A DNA stretch of 64,000 nucleotides from Eledone cirrhosa (Eukaryota). Shown here piece by piece: positions 42,841 to 55,000 of this stretch (positions within the stretch are counted from its first letter, which is position 1; the number at the start of each line of letters is the position of its first letter). A program made the translations under genes and the position numbers. The stretch is taken from assembly GCA_964016885.1 (NCBI GenBank), contig OZ024741.1:123132001-123196000 (forward strand). The letters run 5' to 3'. The notes beneath the pieces are model-generated. The model ran no database searches. It was not told the origin of the DNA and worked only from the letters and a program-made list of their open reading frames with translations.

Positions 42841-43036
42841 GTGTGCGCGCGTGGATGTGTGAACAACCGAACACAGCAGTAATTTATAGAAGTGTAGCAG
42901 ACATGGGCAGCTAACGCGCTGATTGTCAGCGGACTGGTACCAGTCCGCTGACCATCAGCGCAAATGCTGTCCCATGTCTGCTACACTTCAATAAATTACT
43001 GCTGTGTTTGGTTGTTCACACATCCACGCGCGCACA
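42841..43036. repeat. Spacerless palindrome of about 196 bp
   Basis: Symmetric about GGT|ACC (42938/42939): GTCAGCGGACTGGTACCAGTCCGCTGAC. Arms extend to GTGTGCGCGCGTGGATGTGTGAACAACC / GGTTGTTCACACATCCACGCGCGCACAC. Confidence 0.95.
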
Positions 43037-43455
43037 CAAACACACAAGCACCCAGATAATGACAGTCATACGCATAGTCACTAGCTATACACACACATTT
43101 AAGGAGAACATATAAATATACGCATACATGCATCCAGAGAGGTACGTACACACACAGACACATACCCACATGCCTATATACATCAACATACATGTGCATA
43201 CACATGCTCGCGCGTATATATATCCGTACACACAAACACGCACAGACATATACATAGACAACCCCCTCCACCCACGCACACACATTTACACGAACCCATA
43301 TATACATACACAGATACACACTCACACGCAAACACACATATATACACACAAACAAGCCCTTTCCCTACACGGTGCTTGTACACACACACACACTGGCGCA
43401 TATACACTCTTACAAATATGCGCACATTCATATACACACACACGCACGCATAAAT

Positions 43456-43537
<82 letters not shown>

Positions 43538-43611
43538 TTGATGATAGCTAAGATGCTTCCATAGACGGTATGCCGGTTGAGCACTCTATGCTCTTACAGA
43601 GCAGAGTATGG

Positions 43612-43820
43612 TATAATATAAAACGAAAAATCAGTGATGCATCTGAACTCAATTTATTGTGTGTTACAATTGTTTCATTAGACGTGTCCGTCGAACCTGC
43701 GGATCCAGAAACAGACAGATTCACACAATGATCGTGTCTCGAGCTGTTCGCCGGCGAAACAATTGTAACACACAATAAATTGAGTTCAGATGCATCACTG
43801 ATTTTTCGTTTTATATTATA
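43612..43820. repeat. Perfect 65-bp inverted repeat (43612-43676 / 43756-43820) overlapping a decayed hammerhead (43684-43771, +)
   Basis: Arms identical base for base. Plus strand reads GUGU-CCGUCGA-ACCUGCGGA..UUCGCCGGC-GAAA-CAAUUG-UA-ACAC. Confidence 0.9.
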
Positions 43821-43821
43821 T

Positions 43822-44250
43822 ATACACTGTATGCTTAATTAAAAGCATTTTGAAGACCTTACGCTATTGTTTCAAAGTAGTGACTATACATTCATATATA
43901 TATATCGCTATTTCAGAGCACCAATTCTAATTATTTATTTTTGCTGGATCGGCAACGGCTCTGTATAACCATTTCCTGATTATTACTGGAATTCTATAAG
44001 AATCCAACATTCATAATTTTCAGCAGGCAAGGGGAGTGCTAAGCTCTGAGGAGTACCAACAGTACGAAACAGATATCTGTCAGCTTATCTCCCTTTGTTT
44101 GTTGAAAAAAGAAGTAAGTGACATAGTCACTGCTTTAAAACAATAGTGTAGGTCTTCAAAATGCTTTAAATTAAGCATACAGTGTATTGCAAAATACACT
44201 ATATATACATTCATATAAATATCGTTATTTCAGGGCACCAATTCTAATTT
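43822..44250 (+). mobile_element. Retrozyme/pLTR-like hammerhead element with partial tandem and inverted tail copy
   Basis: Direct repeat 43885-43932 vs 44204-44249 (period about 317-319 nt). Inverted repeat 43822-43887 vs 44123-44187. Contains the hammerhead at 44040-44087 and is flanked by TA runs. Confidence 0.65.
44040..44087 (+). ncRNA. Type I hammerhead ribozyme, fully canonical
   Basis: UAAGCU-CUGAGGA-GUAC-CAACA-GUAC-GAAA-CAGAUAUCUG-UC-AGCUUA. 6-bp stem I, 4-bp stem II, palindromic stem III, GUC cleavage triplet. Confidence 0.92.
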
Positions 44251-44768
44251 TATATATATATATATGTCAGGTCGCTGTTGAGTGCTACTGGTAACATGTA
44301 ACGCAGTACAACCTGTCTGTCTCATGGTCGGGTCGTCGGCGAGTAAACCGGTGACACTAAGTTTGTTTGGTTTGGACGGTGATATTTGTACACCCTGCGG
44401 GATGAAATATAGGACCCGGCAAAGAACGGAGTAACACAGTAGAATCAACGGCCATCCAAATAATAATTTTTTTTTTTACCCGGGAATGAAAGGCGCTTAG
44501 TTGTTGTCACAAAACTTTTCAAAGAGAGGGAAACTCAGAAGAAAAAACACACCCGCGGCTTCGGATGTTGTCCTTTTCGGGTAGTATTTTCGATGCTCAG
44601 AGAGTGGGATTGGTCGAGTGCAAGACCTTTCCCCACCTAAAAGACCTTCAAAGCAGAGGCATTGCTTGTTCAGGATATGTTACAGGTTTGTGTGACTGGC
44701 CGTAGCCTAAAAGTGCACCATTTTCTGTAACCTGACAAACGAATGCAGTACTCTTACCAGAGTTTGCA

Positions 44769-44811
<43 letters not shown>

Positions 44812-44889
44812 GGGTGTGTGTGTGTGTGTGTGTGTGCGTGTGCGTGCGTGCATATGTGTGTGTGTATGTGTGTGCGTGTGTGTGTGTGC

Positions 44890-44976
<87 letters not shown>

Positions 44977-45422
44977 TGTCTGATAGCACTCTATCGGTTA
45001 AGAGAGAACGAGTGATCCTGTTAATCAACGGTACAGCCTGGTCTAGAAACTATTGTCGTGCCACAAATCAGAATCGTGGCCTTGCAATATTGAGCCGAAT
45101 ACCCTAGGGACTAAGCCATACACCTTAACGTGCATACATACGTACACACAGTCACCCACAGAAACATCCACGCATCCACAATAATGCCACATGTGCCACG
45201 AAATCTGCAAATCTCAAGATGGTCTAAGGAGACATGTCCAAATTCATCAAAATCAGACAACACAGGCAGTTTAAGCTGTAGCTATCCTCATGTGCAATTT
45301 ACCTGGGCAGCTTTGAGCATGTATGTCTGGTTTATAAAGCCACATAACCTCTCCTGCAAGAACTGAGTATCATGTACACTGATGTGGTCTAACTTTGTAT
45401 GGAGCAAAAATTAGTACACACA

Positions 45423-45491
<69 letters not shown>

Positions 45492-45799
45492 TATTCAAAA
45501 TATTAATAAATGAAAAATATGTTCATAACCAAAATATATATTTTATTATAAATATTTCAAAGGTACAATGGTGTTTCAGTACGTTTTCATCAGATAAAAT
45601 ATATGAGTGATTGGATATGCGACATACCGCTAAGGTTTTGAATATTCAATTCCTGTAATGGCAGTAATTTATTTCACCAACCCTCAACATTTATATACCA
45701 CAAATAATATGATAAACTTAAAGAAGAAGAGGACGAGTGCTTCTAATCTATTGTAAAATTGAATTCGTTGAATAATCGATGAACCATATAAACTTTTGT

Positions 45800-45852
<53 letters not shown>

Positions 45853-45862
45853 AACAAGTAAG

Positions 45863-45956
45863 ACCCCGACGGCTGAGCTCAAGCCGTTTCGACGGCTAAT
45901 TCTGGACTGAATGAAAATTTATTCTGGTATTTAAATAGCCGAACTTATCAAGGGGT
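45863..45956 (-). ncRNA. Hammerhead ribozyme in 3' pLTR, U3-A8 variant with long stem II
   Basis: ACCCC-UUGAUAA-GUUCGGCUA..UAGCCGUC-GAAA-CGGCU-UGAGCUC-AGCCG-UC-GGGGU. Confidence 0.82.
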
Positions 45957-46339
45957 AATTCCATATATGGTCAAAGAGATAATCACCAGGATTGGTCACA
46001 TCACAAGTTAGTAGTAAATCCGTGATGGCAAGTTGGTGGGGGAAGGGGTAGCTAAACCTACCGGTAGGAGAAAAGGGTGAGGGGGTGGAGTAGACCCATA
46101 CATGTGTTGATAGTGCCAGCTACAGCTGGGTGTGAGGTCAAAGAGGATACTGGGGAGGCGGAGGGGGAGGAGGTCGAAACGGTAAGTAGAACAATGAAAG
46201 GTAAAACTATAAAAGGTACTGAGAGAGAAAAAAAAAAAGCAAAATCTGGTTACTAAGACATAAGTCTCTCGCTATTGCTAGGCTAAAGAAATACATAAAT
46301 AAATAAATAAACAAATAAGTGAATAAAAGAATAGATAAA

Positions 46340-46385
<46 letters not shown>

Positions 46386-46753
46386 GTAGAATAACAAAAT
46401 AAATAATAATAATAGAAATAAACTAGGTGGGACGGAAATAAAGGGACCCTTATACGAGGTATAAGTGCGTGTATCGTACGGTGACGGGTCAACGAAGGGG
46501 GGGGGGGGGCAGAATACTAAAGAGACTACCACGAAAATAATAAAGGTTTCTACCCCAATCACAGGGCCAGCAACCACCCGGTGCAAGAAAGTAAACTAGT
46601 ACGAGAATATAATTCAGGGTCCCGCAAAAAAATACTAGTGCTAACTCTAAGTGTACCGCCACGGAACAAAAAGTCTTATACAAGCTACATGAAAGATCGT
46701 ACGAAGTAAAAGTACAGAGCGGAAAATTAATACAGGAACACCCTGATATTTTG

Positions 46754-46813
<60 letters not shown>

Positions 46814-47237
46814 AACAAGTAAGACTCCGACGGCTGAGCCCCCCAAAAAAGGGAAAAAGAAGAAAGAAATACTGGATAAACGAGAAATTAAAGCAAAGAT
46901 GCCACTAAGAAATATAGAAGGCACGGAAAAAAGGGACAGCGGTCGGAGAAGGGGGCGAGTATCCGAAGTCTAACACCTCTGCTATAAAAAGCGGAGTCAG
47001 CCAAATCTATCATAGAATAGGGGAGGGGGTGGGGGTGCTGAAGCTACAAGGGACCGATGGGCTACCTCGGGTGGGCGAGAAAAAGACGACGACAAAGAAA
47101 GGGAACTGGGGTAGAATGACTAGGGAGGGATGGGGGAAGGAGGAAATATAGAGGAAGCGATAATAGAAAGTAAAAGAAGATCTTACGTCTCCATTGGCAA
47201 GCAGGGGTTACCCATTACAAAATAGGGAAGTGGGGTG

Positions 47238-49407
47238 TTATAGCCCTAGTCTACCCCCCCCCCCCGGGTCATTATGGGGTTTGAGGGCGAGGTAAGTCCT
47301 ACGTAATCGGTGTTTACATGCAGTAACCAGTTCATCTTTCTTGTTTAGGAGTTGGTCCGTCGAAAACAGCATTTGTAATGTTTCCTCCGAGCATAAATTG
47401 CACGGACGGCGTCCTCCCGTGTAAGAGTTGGCTCTGGACAGTAATTTCCAAGTGAGATCATAGTTGATGTTGTTGTCCTTGAGGTCCCATATGTGGCCCG
47501 AAAGTGTAGTGGCGTGAAGCCGGGCCGGGTTTCGGAAGGTATGTCTGTGTTGGTATAGCCGGGTCTTGAAGTAGCATGCGGTTAATCCTATATAAGCTTT
47601 GTTGGAGGTGTCCGTGCTCACGTTGCACTGGTAGATCACATTACGGTCTCTGCATCTGTTGTCGAGGGGGCAACTGGATCTATCAGGACAGTTGCACCTC
47701 TTGGTCGGCTCTCCACTGCTATTTAGGTTGTTTCTTCCATCGGGGTTGAGTTTTTTGTTGTTGGAGGAAACGATGTTTTGTGCGAAGTTAGGTGTAGTGC
47801 TGTAAGAGAGTTTGATGGTATTTTTGTTAATTATGTTGTGGTAGCGGTGTTGTGGTGGGAAGTGTTTTTCAATGAGCCTAAAGAAAATTTTCCCGATGGA
47901 AGTTGTCACCTCGGCGTTGTGGGGAGGATTGAACCATGTTACATTGCGTGAGCGGCGGTGTCGCCTGCTGGTTCCGCTAATGGGAGCTGGACAGTAGGAT
48001 ATTTCCTCCCGGAAGCCACTCCGCTTGAGGGCCTGGTTGTAGTAAGGCGCATGTTCATCGAATATCTTCTCATTAGCTGACAAACGGGATATACGGAGGT
48101 AGATGTTTTTGACCAGGTTGATGGTGATGTTCCTAGGATGGTTAGATCGGCGGTGGATGTAGTGCAGGTTGTCATTGGGTTTCCTGTATGGGTACTACAG
48201 GTCATTATTGAGATCGAGGGTAACGTCCAGGAAATTAACTCGGGTCAGGGACGTTTGTAGGGTTATTTTAAATCCCCAGTCGCGGAAGAAGCTGATTAAT
48301 TGTTTACGGACCCGATCTGTACTACTGGGGTTGTACCCTTTAAGGGTAAGGAGCCCATCATCACGGTACAATCCACCACCGAAAGCAGGAAACATATCGG
48401 TGAGTTTGGCTATAAGGAATAATCCTATAAGATCTGTGACCTCCGCCGAATCCGTAGCGCCCATGCTGACGTCGAAGGGTGAGTCAGCTCTTTTTATCCA
48501 TTTGGAGTTGTCAAAGAGTAAGACTGTCTTCCTGTCGTGGAGGATGATTTTTCTTTCCTGGTCGGTGATGGGCACAAGTGCTTCGGCGAAGTCCAAGGCG
48601 GCAGTAAGTAGCGGTAAGGTGATTGAAGCATAGTAGCTCTCTATGTCGAACTGGATAAATTTAGTGTCTCGTTTATCCTCCAAATTGCTGAACCATGAGA
48701 TAACTTCCTGGGTGTTGATCCATAGGCTAAGTCGGGCGTGTTGCTTGACTTTTGGTATCACGCGGTCTAGGATTTTTTTGCTGATTCTCCCTATGTCGGA
48801 CTTCGTTGGGTTTATAAGCCTGATAGATGGTTTACGGTCGAAATCGGATTTGTGGTCCTTCAGTGTGAAGTAGGGTGTCCGTGGGTCTAGGGATTCGGTG
48901 CGGTCGGCGACCCCGAGGCTGGAGGTAATTTGTTGTCCATCTCGATTAATGTCCTCGATGCATGAGTGGTTAGCCTTTTTATAGGTGGAGTTTAGGCTGC
49001 TCCTGATCAGTGTGTGGTATCTGTCGGGGTTGACAAAGTATAGATTCCCAGTTTTATCCGAATGCACCATGATGTCATTGGTGTTATCATACTCTGTTAA
49101 GTTGCTACGGAGTTTTTGTAGGAATCGGTTGTGTCTGGGTTTGAATTTAAGGTTCTTGACCAGTTGGAAGAGGTCATTCTCGAAGGGTGAGAGCAAAGGG
49201 TTCGGCGGGGGGAGATTTGTAGGTAATAAATCCGAATCTCTCCTTGGTCCCGAAGTCCTGATTGTCGCAGAATCTGTCGTAGAAAAAAGTTCTCCATCTA
49301 AGTCTTTTCGCAAATAGATCGATTTTTTGCGTTAGCATTCGAAGGTAAAGTTTTTTCGGTGGGATTGGGATGTTCTTGGTAGAGAAGTCGATATTGTGTT
49401 TTCGCAT
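47238..49407 (-). pseudogene. Penelope RT-GIY-YIG ORF with one frameshift and one nonsense codon
   Basis: ATG at 49407 (MRKHNIDFSTKNIPIP..KRLRWR). Frameshift in a G-run near 49210. RT motifs QFDIESYYASI, FDVSMGATDSAEV, GLYRDDGL, NFLDVTL. In-frame TAG at 48197-48195 followed by YPYRKPND..SNHP. CNCPDRSSC (CxCx5C), VIY..AYIGLT, CNLC. Confidence 0.93.
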
Positions 49408-49591
49408 GGTGCGGGTGAAAGAAATTGAGCTTAGCGGAAAAGTCTGGTACGGCGTGGTAGGGTCGGAAAGTGCTCTACTACGGGGATAGGAGGTAGATAA
49501 CGAAGGAAATGTGGTAAGGAACCAGGTGGACCATAATGCACCAAAGTAATCAATACTTAGGGTAGTAGAGTGGGTAATAGGAACAAGTAAG

Positions 49592-49685
49592 ACCCCGACG
49601 GCTGAGCTCAAGCCGTTTCGACGGCTAATTCTGTACTGAATGAAAATTTATTCTGGTATTTAAATAGCCGAACTTATCAAGGGGT
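49592..49685 (-). ncRNA. Hammerhead ribozyme in 5' pLTR, U3-A8 variant
   Basis: Same structure as 45863-45956, differing by one base in the stem II insert. Confidence 0.82.
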
Positions 49686-49956
49686 AATTCCATATATGGT
49701 CAAAGAGATAATAACCAGGATTGGTCACATCACAAGTTAGTAGTAAATTTGTGATGGCAAGTTGGTGGGGAAGGGGTAGCTAAACGTGCCGGTAGGAGAA
49801 AAAGGTAGAGGGGGTGGAGTAGACCCATTGTACAGTCGAAACGGCTTGAGCTCAGCCGTCGGGGTCTTACTTGTTCCTATTACCCACTCTACTACCCTAA
49901 GTATTGAGTACTTTGGTGCGTTATGGTCCACCTGGTTCCTTACCACATTTCCTTCG

Positions 49957-49996
<40 letters not shown>

Positions 49997-50611
49997 GGAT
50001 ACTATTTACAGTTATGTATATTTTAAACTATAAACAGGGAAGGTCAGTAATTTATTACTTCCTTATTCCCAGTAAGATAAATAGCTCAATGTAATAACAT
50101 CAGTTGTTCTCCAGAGCAGTTATATAGAATTCACAAGAATCAAAGCTATGTTCAAAGCATTTATTCACTTACAATTGTTTCATCCAAACCAAGGCTTGGA
50201 GTCTTCGGAGCATTTTTCAATGCTTGTACATATAATTGACCTCCTATCAAACGCAAGAGACATACAGATACATATATATATATATTGATGTACAGTGGAG
50301 TGACATATATTATACTATACTATATTTGTACAGCAATTCAAATTTAAAATCAAAATCAAAATTAAAATTAAAATTAAAATACATGCGGCAGATAACACAG
50401 ATAATGTAAGAGGATAGTTTGATAATCAAATCTAGTAGATAGTGTATGCGTTAGTCACACATGGAGCATGCAAGTGTGTCTCATTTATATACGATTATTG
50501 TGTGGCAAGGTGTTACATGTAATGCAATCACTTTAAGCGGGTAAACAAGAGTATTATGGTGGTTGTAGTGGTAGGGTATGTTTTGTATCGATCAAAAACG
50601 TATGTGTGCAG

Positions 50612-50730
50612 AAAAAGAAAAAGAAAAAGAAAAAGAAAAAGAAAAAGAAAAAGAAAAAGAAAAAAGAAAAAGAAAAAGAAAAAAAGAAAAAGAAAAAGAA
50701 AAAGAAAAAGAAAAAGAAAAAGAAAAAGAA
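50612..50730. repeat. (GAAAAA)n hexanucleotide microsatellite
   Basis: Read directly. Source of the poly-KR, poly-EK and poly-F ORFs. Confidence 0.97.
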
Positions 50731-52611
50731 AGTTATAGTTTTCGCATCCACCACCATTTTCACTTTCAGAAAAAGGAAAATATAGTTTTTACATCGATCA
50801 CATTAGTTACGATGATTTCGTATTGAAAGTTTGATGCATTAAATTATTGATGCATTAAATCAGTGTTATTTAATCCATATTTATAGAATAGGTTCTTTTT
50901 GCTGCGAGAATTTACAGTGGTTTATTACCCGGAAGTAGGTGTGTAATTAAGGGGAGTTAATGCGTAAGGGGAGGTAACTAGCTGATAATCATAACTAAAT
51001 TCATTGTTCTAACGTACATTATATGGTGCCTCAATTGAGTCCCTTATATAAAAGATGATATATTTATATCTAATTTTCAATTTTAAATGCAGTCTACTCT
51101 AACATAATGCATTAAAGGTATCTATAGGAAGTTGATTACTCTTTATTATACAGCGCTATAATTGAATTTCCCACACAACGTGCCATATCTTTATATCAAA
51201 ATTCATTGTAAATGCTATACCCTCAGTCAAATTCTTAAGAAATATATATGTAGTACGGTCATGATGGTTCTCATTTGTAAACATTGGAAACAATATGTAA
51301 ACGATAAATCCGTCATCGCCATGTAACAAATAGCGAGATATCCCAGAACGAATTAATAGACAGATTATATTTAGTTGTCTCCCCACCTAGATGGTGTGTG
51401 ACTGTTGAAATAACCTCGGTTTCATTAACGACGAATTCTTCTCTATATAACTGGACTAGTTGGAGGAGGGGGCACGAATGAAGCTTACTAAATATGACAC
51501 CTATGTTTAAATCGTTTCATATAGACATATGACTGTAGGGTAGAAGCTGATTTTAACAGTAGCTATGAAATATCTTTTAGAAAATAGTTATTTATAACGG
51601 CGGGAATTTCTGAATTAATTTACCTTAACACTTAAATAATAGTTGGTGCAAATAAGAAACTTATTCTAGTGAGAGGTTGTTGATAGTTTATCTGTAAGAA
51701 ATGTTCTAATTTAAGCCGTTGTTATTTAACTGGATATTGATGACGGATACACAACCAGAGACATTACACATCACATATCATCCTATGAAAGGCTGCACAC
51801 ACACATACACACGCACGAACACACACTCACACACACAAACACCCACACATATATATATATACGATACATATGTAATCATATATATATATTTATATATATA
51901 CACATAAACGATATATATGTATGTGTATATATATATATATACAGTATATATATATATATCTATATATATATCTATATTATATATATTATTAAAATAACAG
52001 ATTAAAGTTTAAGCAAAGAATCGTTGCTTTCACCCTTGACGGGATCTTCTAAACCAAATTTAAATCACTAATGCTTTGAACTAAGTGTCATTGAGCTTTT
52101 TATTGAGAAACATGATCATCCCACATATTAAATATGTATTGATACCATAACAGTATATTTATATATATAAACCTATAAAAGAATAATTTACAATATTTCC
52201 ATTCATGAATATAGCTATGTTTGGTGTTCTATAAATATTTTGATAAAAGTGTATATGTTGAATACGTATTAGTCTTAATTCTATAGAAACCACTTAAAAA
52301 CCTTCATTGCTCTCGACAAATATATTCAATATATTTATGAGTTCCCTTGTAACGCTTGGCACATAAATGGAATTAATAATATTGATATTCGGCTGAAAAG
52401 AAACCAAATATCAAATCATATGACATATATTAATTGCATGTGAAGAAGCATCATATAGTTTATATTATGGTATAAGTATACGGCGTATTTTGAATAGCTT
52501 GCAATGCATTAACTTTAATATATTACATTGAGGTTTTACTGCTACTTATTTCCTCGTACACTCTCACTTACACAAACATACCCTCAAACACAAACACATA
52601 GGTATACACAA

Positions 52612-52647
<36 letters not shown>

Positions 52648-52714
52648 GGAGAGATAAGCTTATCGGGATTATATATAATTTACATATATTAATGAAGTAT
52701 AGTTTCCGTAAATT

Positions 52715-52745
<31 letters not shown>

Positions 52746-52801
52746 GTGTATGCATGTGTGTGTGTGTGTGTATGTGTGTGCGTGTGTGTGTCTATACATA
52801 C

Positions 52802-52840
<39 letters not shown>

Positions 52841-52857
<17 letters not shown>

Positions 52858-54122
52858 GAAGATGTCTGTCTGTGTGTGTGTATGATTTTTATGCATTTCC
52901 ACATTTCTCTATCGATTTTGATGATTTCTTTTCTAATGTGCCCCAAATTTATCACCGATGGTCAACGCGTAATATACTTTGCGAAATATTTCCTGATTCT
53001 ATGAAAAAAAATCGATAAAACTAAATACATGCTGTAACCCTCTCTCTTACACGCTTAACACGTCTCTCTACTACCCTCAAAAATCGATGAAACTACATAC
53101 ATGTTGCAACTCTCTTTAAAAGGTTCATCCCTCCCTTACTCCCCTCTCAATCTCCTCTGCCACTCTAAGAGCGACAAAACTTCGTTGAGGAACGCGACAT
53201 AAACTTTGAAAACTAAGCAACACATCAATTTATACAACAACAAACATAGTCATAACGACGCGCATACATCAAATGACAAAACTTAAAAAACCGATAAAAC
53301 TAAATACATTTCATTCAAAATATTTTCTAAGGGAGTTAACATCTATATACCAGAACTACAACGGTACGCGATGGGGCTCACCCACAGCCCTGGCGGACAG
53401 AATGAAGAAGGCGTTTCCCCGGAAGACGGCAAGGGAGACGCGCTGGAAAAGCCACTCCAACTCGCGGGGCTCACACCTGCGGCTGACCAGCTCAGCGCCT
53501 ATGGTGGTGAGTAAGGAGGTAGCCCTGGTGGGTCCGAGAACACCAGAAGTCTCCACTGCCAGGGGTACGACCGCAAACCTGTCGGAGAGTGACCGGTATT
53601 TGACTATTACATATTACACCATTGCATTTTACATCAAATAACAAATATTCAAAAGGAACAGATGAATTTATACAACAACAAACGTAGTCATAACGACGCT
53701 TAAGCATTTATTTAGTTGAATCTCAACAAAGACATTATATTTTATTGTTGTCCTTTTTGTAATTTTTTTCTTTGTTTTTAGCAATATGAGACAAAAAAAT
53801 GAGAAAACTTTTTTCAGGAACGTCCGATTTTGATGATTTTTTTCCAGTGTGCTCCAAATTATCGCCCCTGCTTACGCTCTTTTGTGCTATAACTAAGACG
53901 GCTTGGCTTACAGGTTTGACCTACTATTTGATGTGCATTCTTCATACAACTTACTTAGTATTCACTTTCTACTTATTCACTGTTCATTTGAAATTTTTCG
54001 CTACCCACCCTTTCTTGCTTTCCCGTATTTACTTTCTTTGCCTCAATAATCATAATTGAGTGGAATCATTAAGAGTACTTTAAAGCAATTAAACTCCGAG
54101 CAACGCCGGGCACTTCTTCTAG
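52841..54122 (+). mobile_element. Non-autonomous Helitron
   Basis: 3' hairpin CCGAGCAACGCCGGG about 10 nt before CTAG|T (54119-54122). 5' region TATATATAAAACAGAAGATGTCTGTCTGTGTG..CGATTTTGATGA is typical of Helitron-N families. Exact 5' end is hidden in (TA)n. Confidence 0.7.
53356..53605 (-). mobile_element. CRE-clade LINE C-terminal (RLE) fragment inside the Helitron
   Basis: FAVVPLAVETSGVLGP..WLFQRVSLAVFRGNA motif. GC-rich island in AT-rich surroundings. Confidence 0.72.
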
Positions 54123-54701
54123 TATATATATAAATATATTTAAAGTAATAGAGGTGTGACACACGAGTTGTGATATATTAGTAAAAAGGAAAAGAAAATG
54201 CTGACAAATTGTTCCCAGTGAAAAATAGTTTAATTAGGAATAAGTATAAATTAGTAATAAGTATTAGTTAATATTCAGTTTTAGTTTTAAGTTTTTACCG
54301 GTTGCGCATTTCTTATGCTTTTCAAAAATAATTTTGAGATAGAGTGCACGTGATTTTGCTCTAATCTGGTCAGTTTTGGAAATTCTTCCTGTTTTATGTG
54401 AAAAAGTGGCTTGGAAAGTATTAATATTTGGTTGGTTGTTGAATGTCACGTGAATAAGCACTATACATTTCGCGCCAATTCGTGTTGCAAAATTATTGTA
54501 GTCAAAACAATTTTGATTGGTCGGTAGAAGTCACGTGAATGTTTAAATTGATTTTAGCGCGAGCTTGTCTCGCGCCAAATGTAGGTTTGTTGAAGAGCGT
54601 GCTTTTCCGCTTGACTGAGTTGGAGTCATATTGAAAGGTCAACAGTTCAGGTGTCTATTAAGACAAATATATGTGTGTGTGTGTGTGTGTGTCTGTGTGT
54701 T

Positions 54702-54757
<56 letters not shown>

Positions 54758-54762
54758 ACAAA

Positions 54763-54958
54763 GTGGTTCATTGTTGTGCTAATCGAAATGAATCGGTATT
54801 TAGGAATGTGTGTGTACGTGTGTGTGTAGGTGTGTGTGGCGGGGTGGGTGGGTTATTTTAACATGTTGAAACATATTTTTCAGCTCTTGTCTTATACGGA
54901 GAAATGTGTGTGTGCGTGTGTGTGTATGTCTGTCTGTATATTAGTGTGCGCGTGTGCA

Positions 54959-55000
<42 letters not shown>

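Larger units (their letters stand above)
45850..49960 (-). mobile_element. Penelope-like retroelement (C-terminal EN+, probably Hydra-clade-like) with pseudo-LTRs
   Basis: RT plus GIY-YIG ORF. Direct repeats 45850-46099 / 49579-49828, inverted repeat 49497-49622 / 49835-49960, short pLTR end at 46811-46839. Termini abut (TA)n. Confidence 0.92.

Noticed and set aside
45558-45598. Minus-strand CUGAUGA..GAAACA..UGUA
   Set aside because: No stem I and essentially no stem II; could be chance in AT-rich DNA.
47238-49407. Possible selenoprotein or readthrough Penelope (Naiad-like)
   Set aside because: The in-frame stop is TAG, not TGA, and the endonuclease is C-terminal, unlike Naiads.
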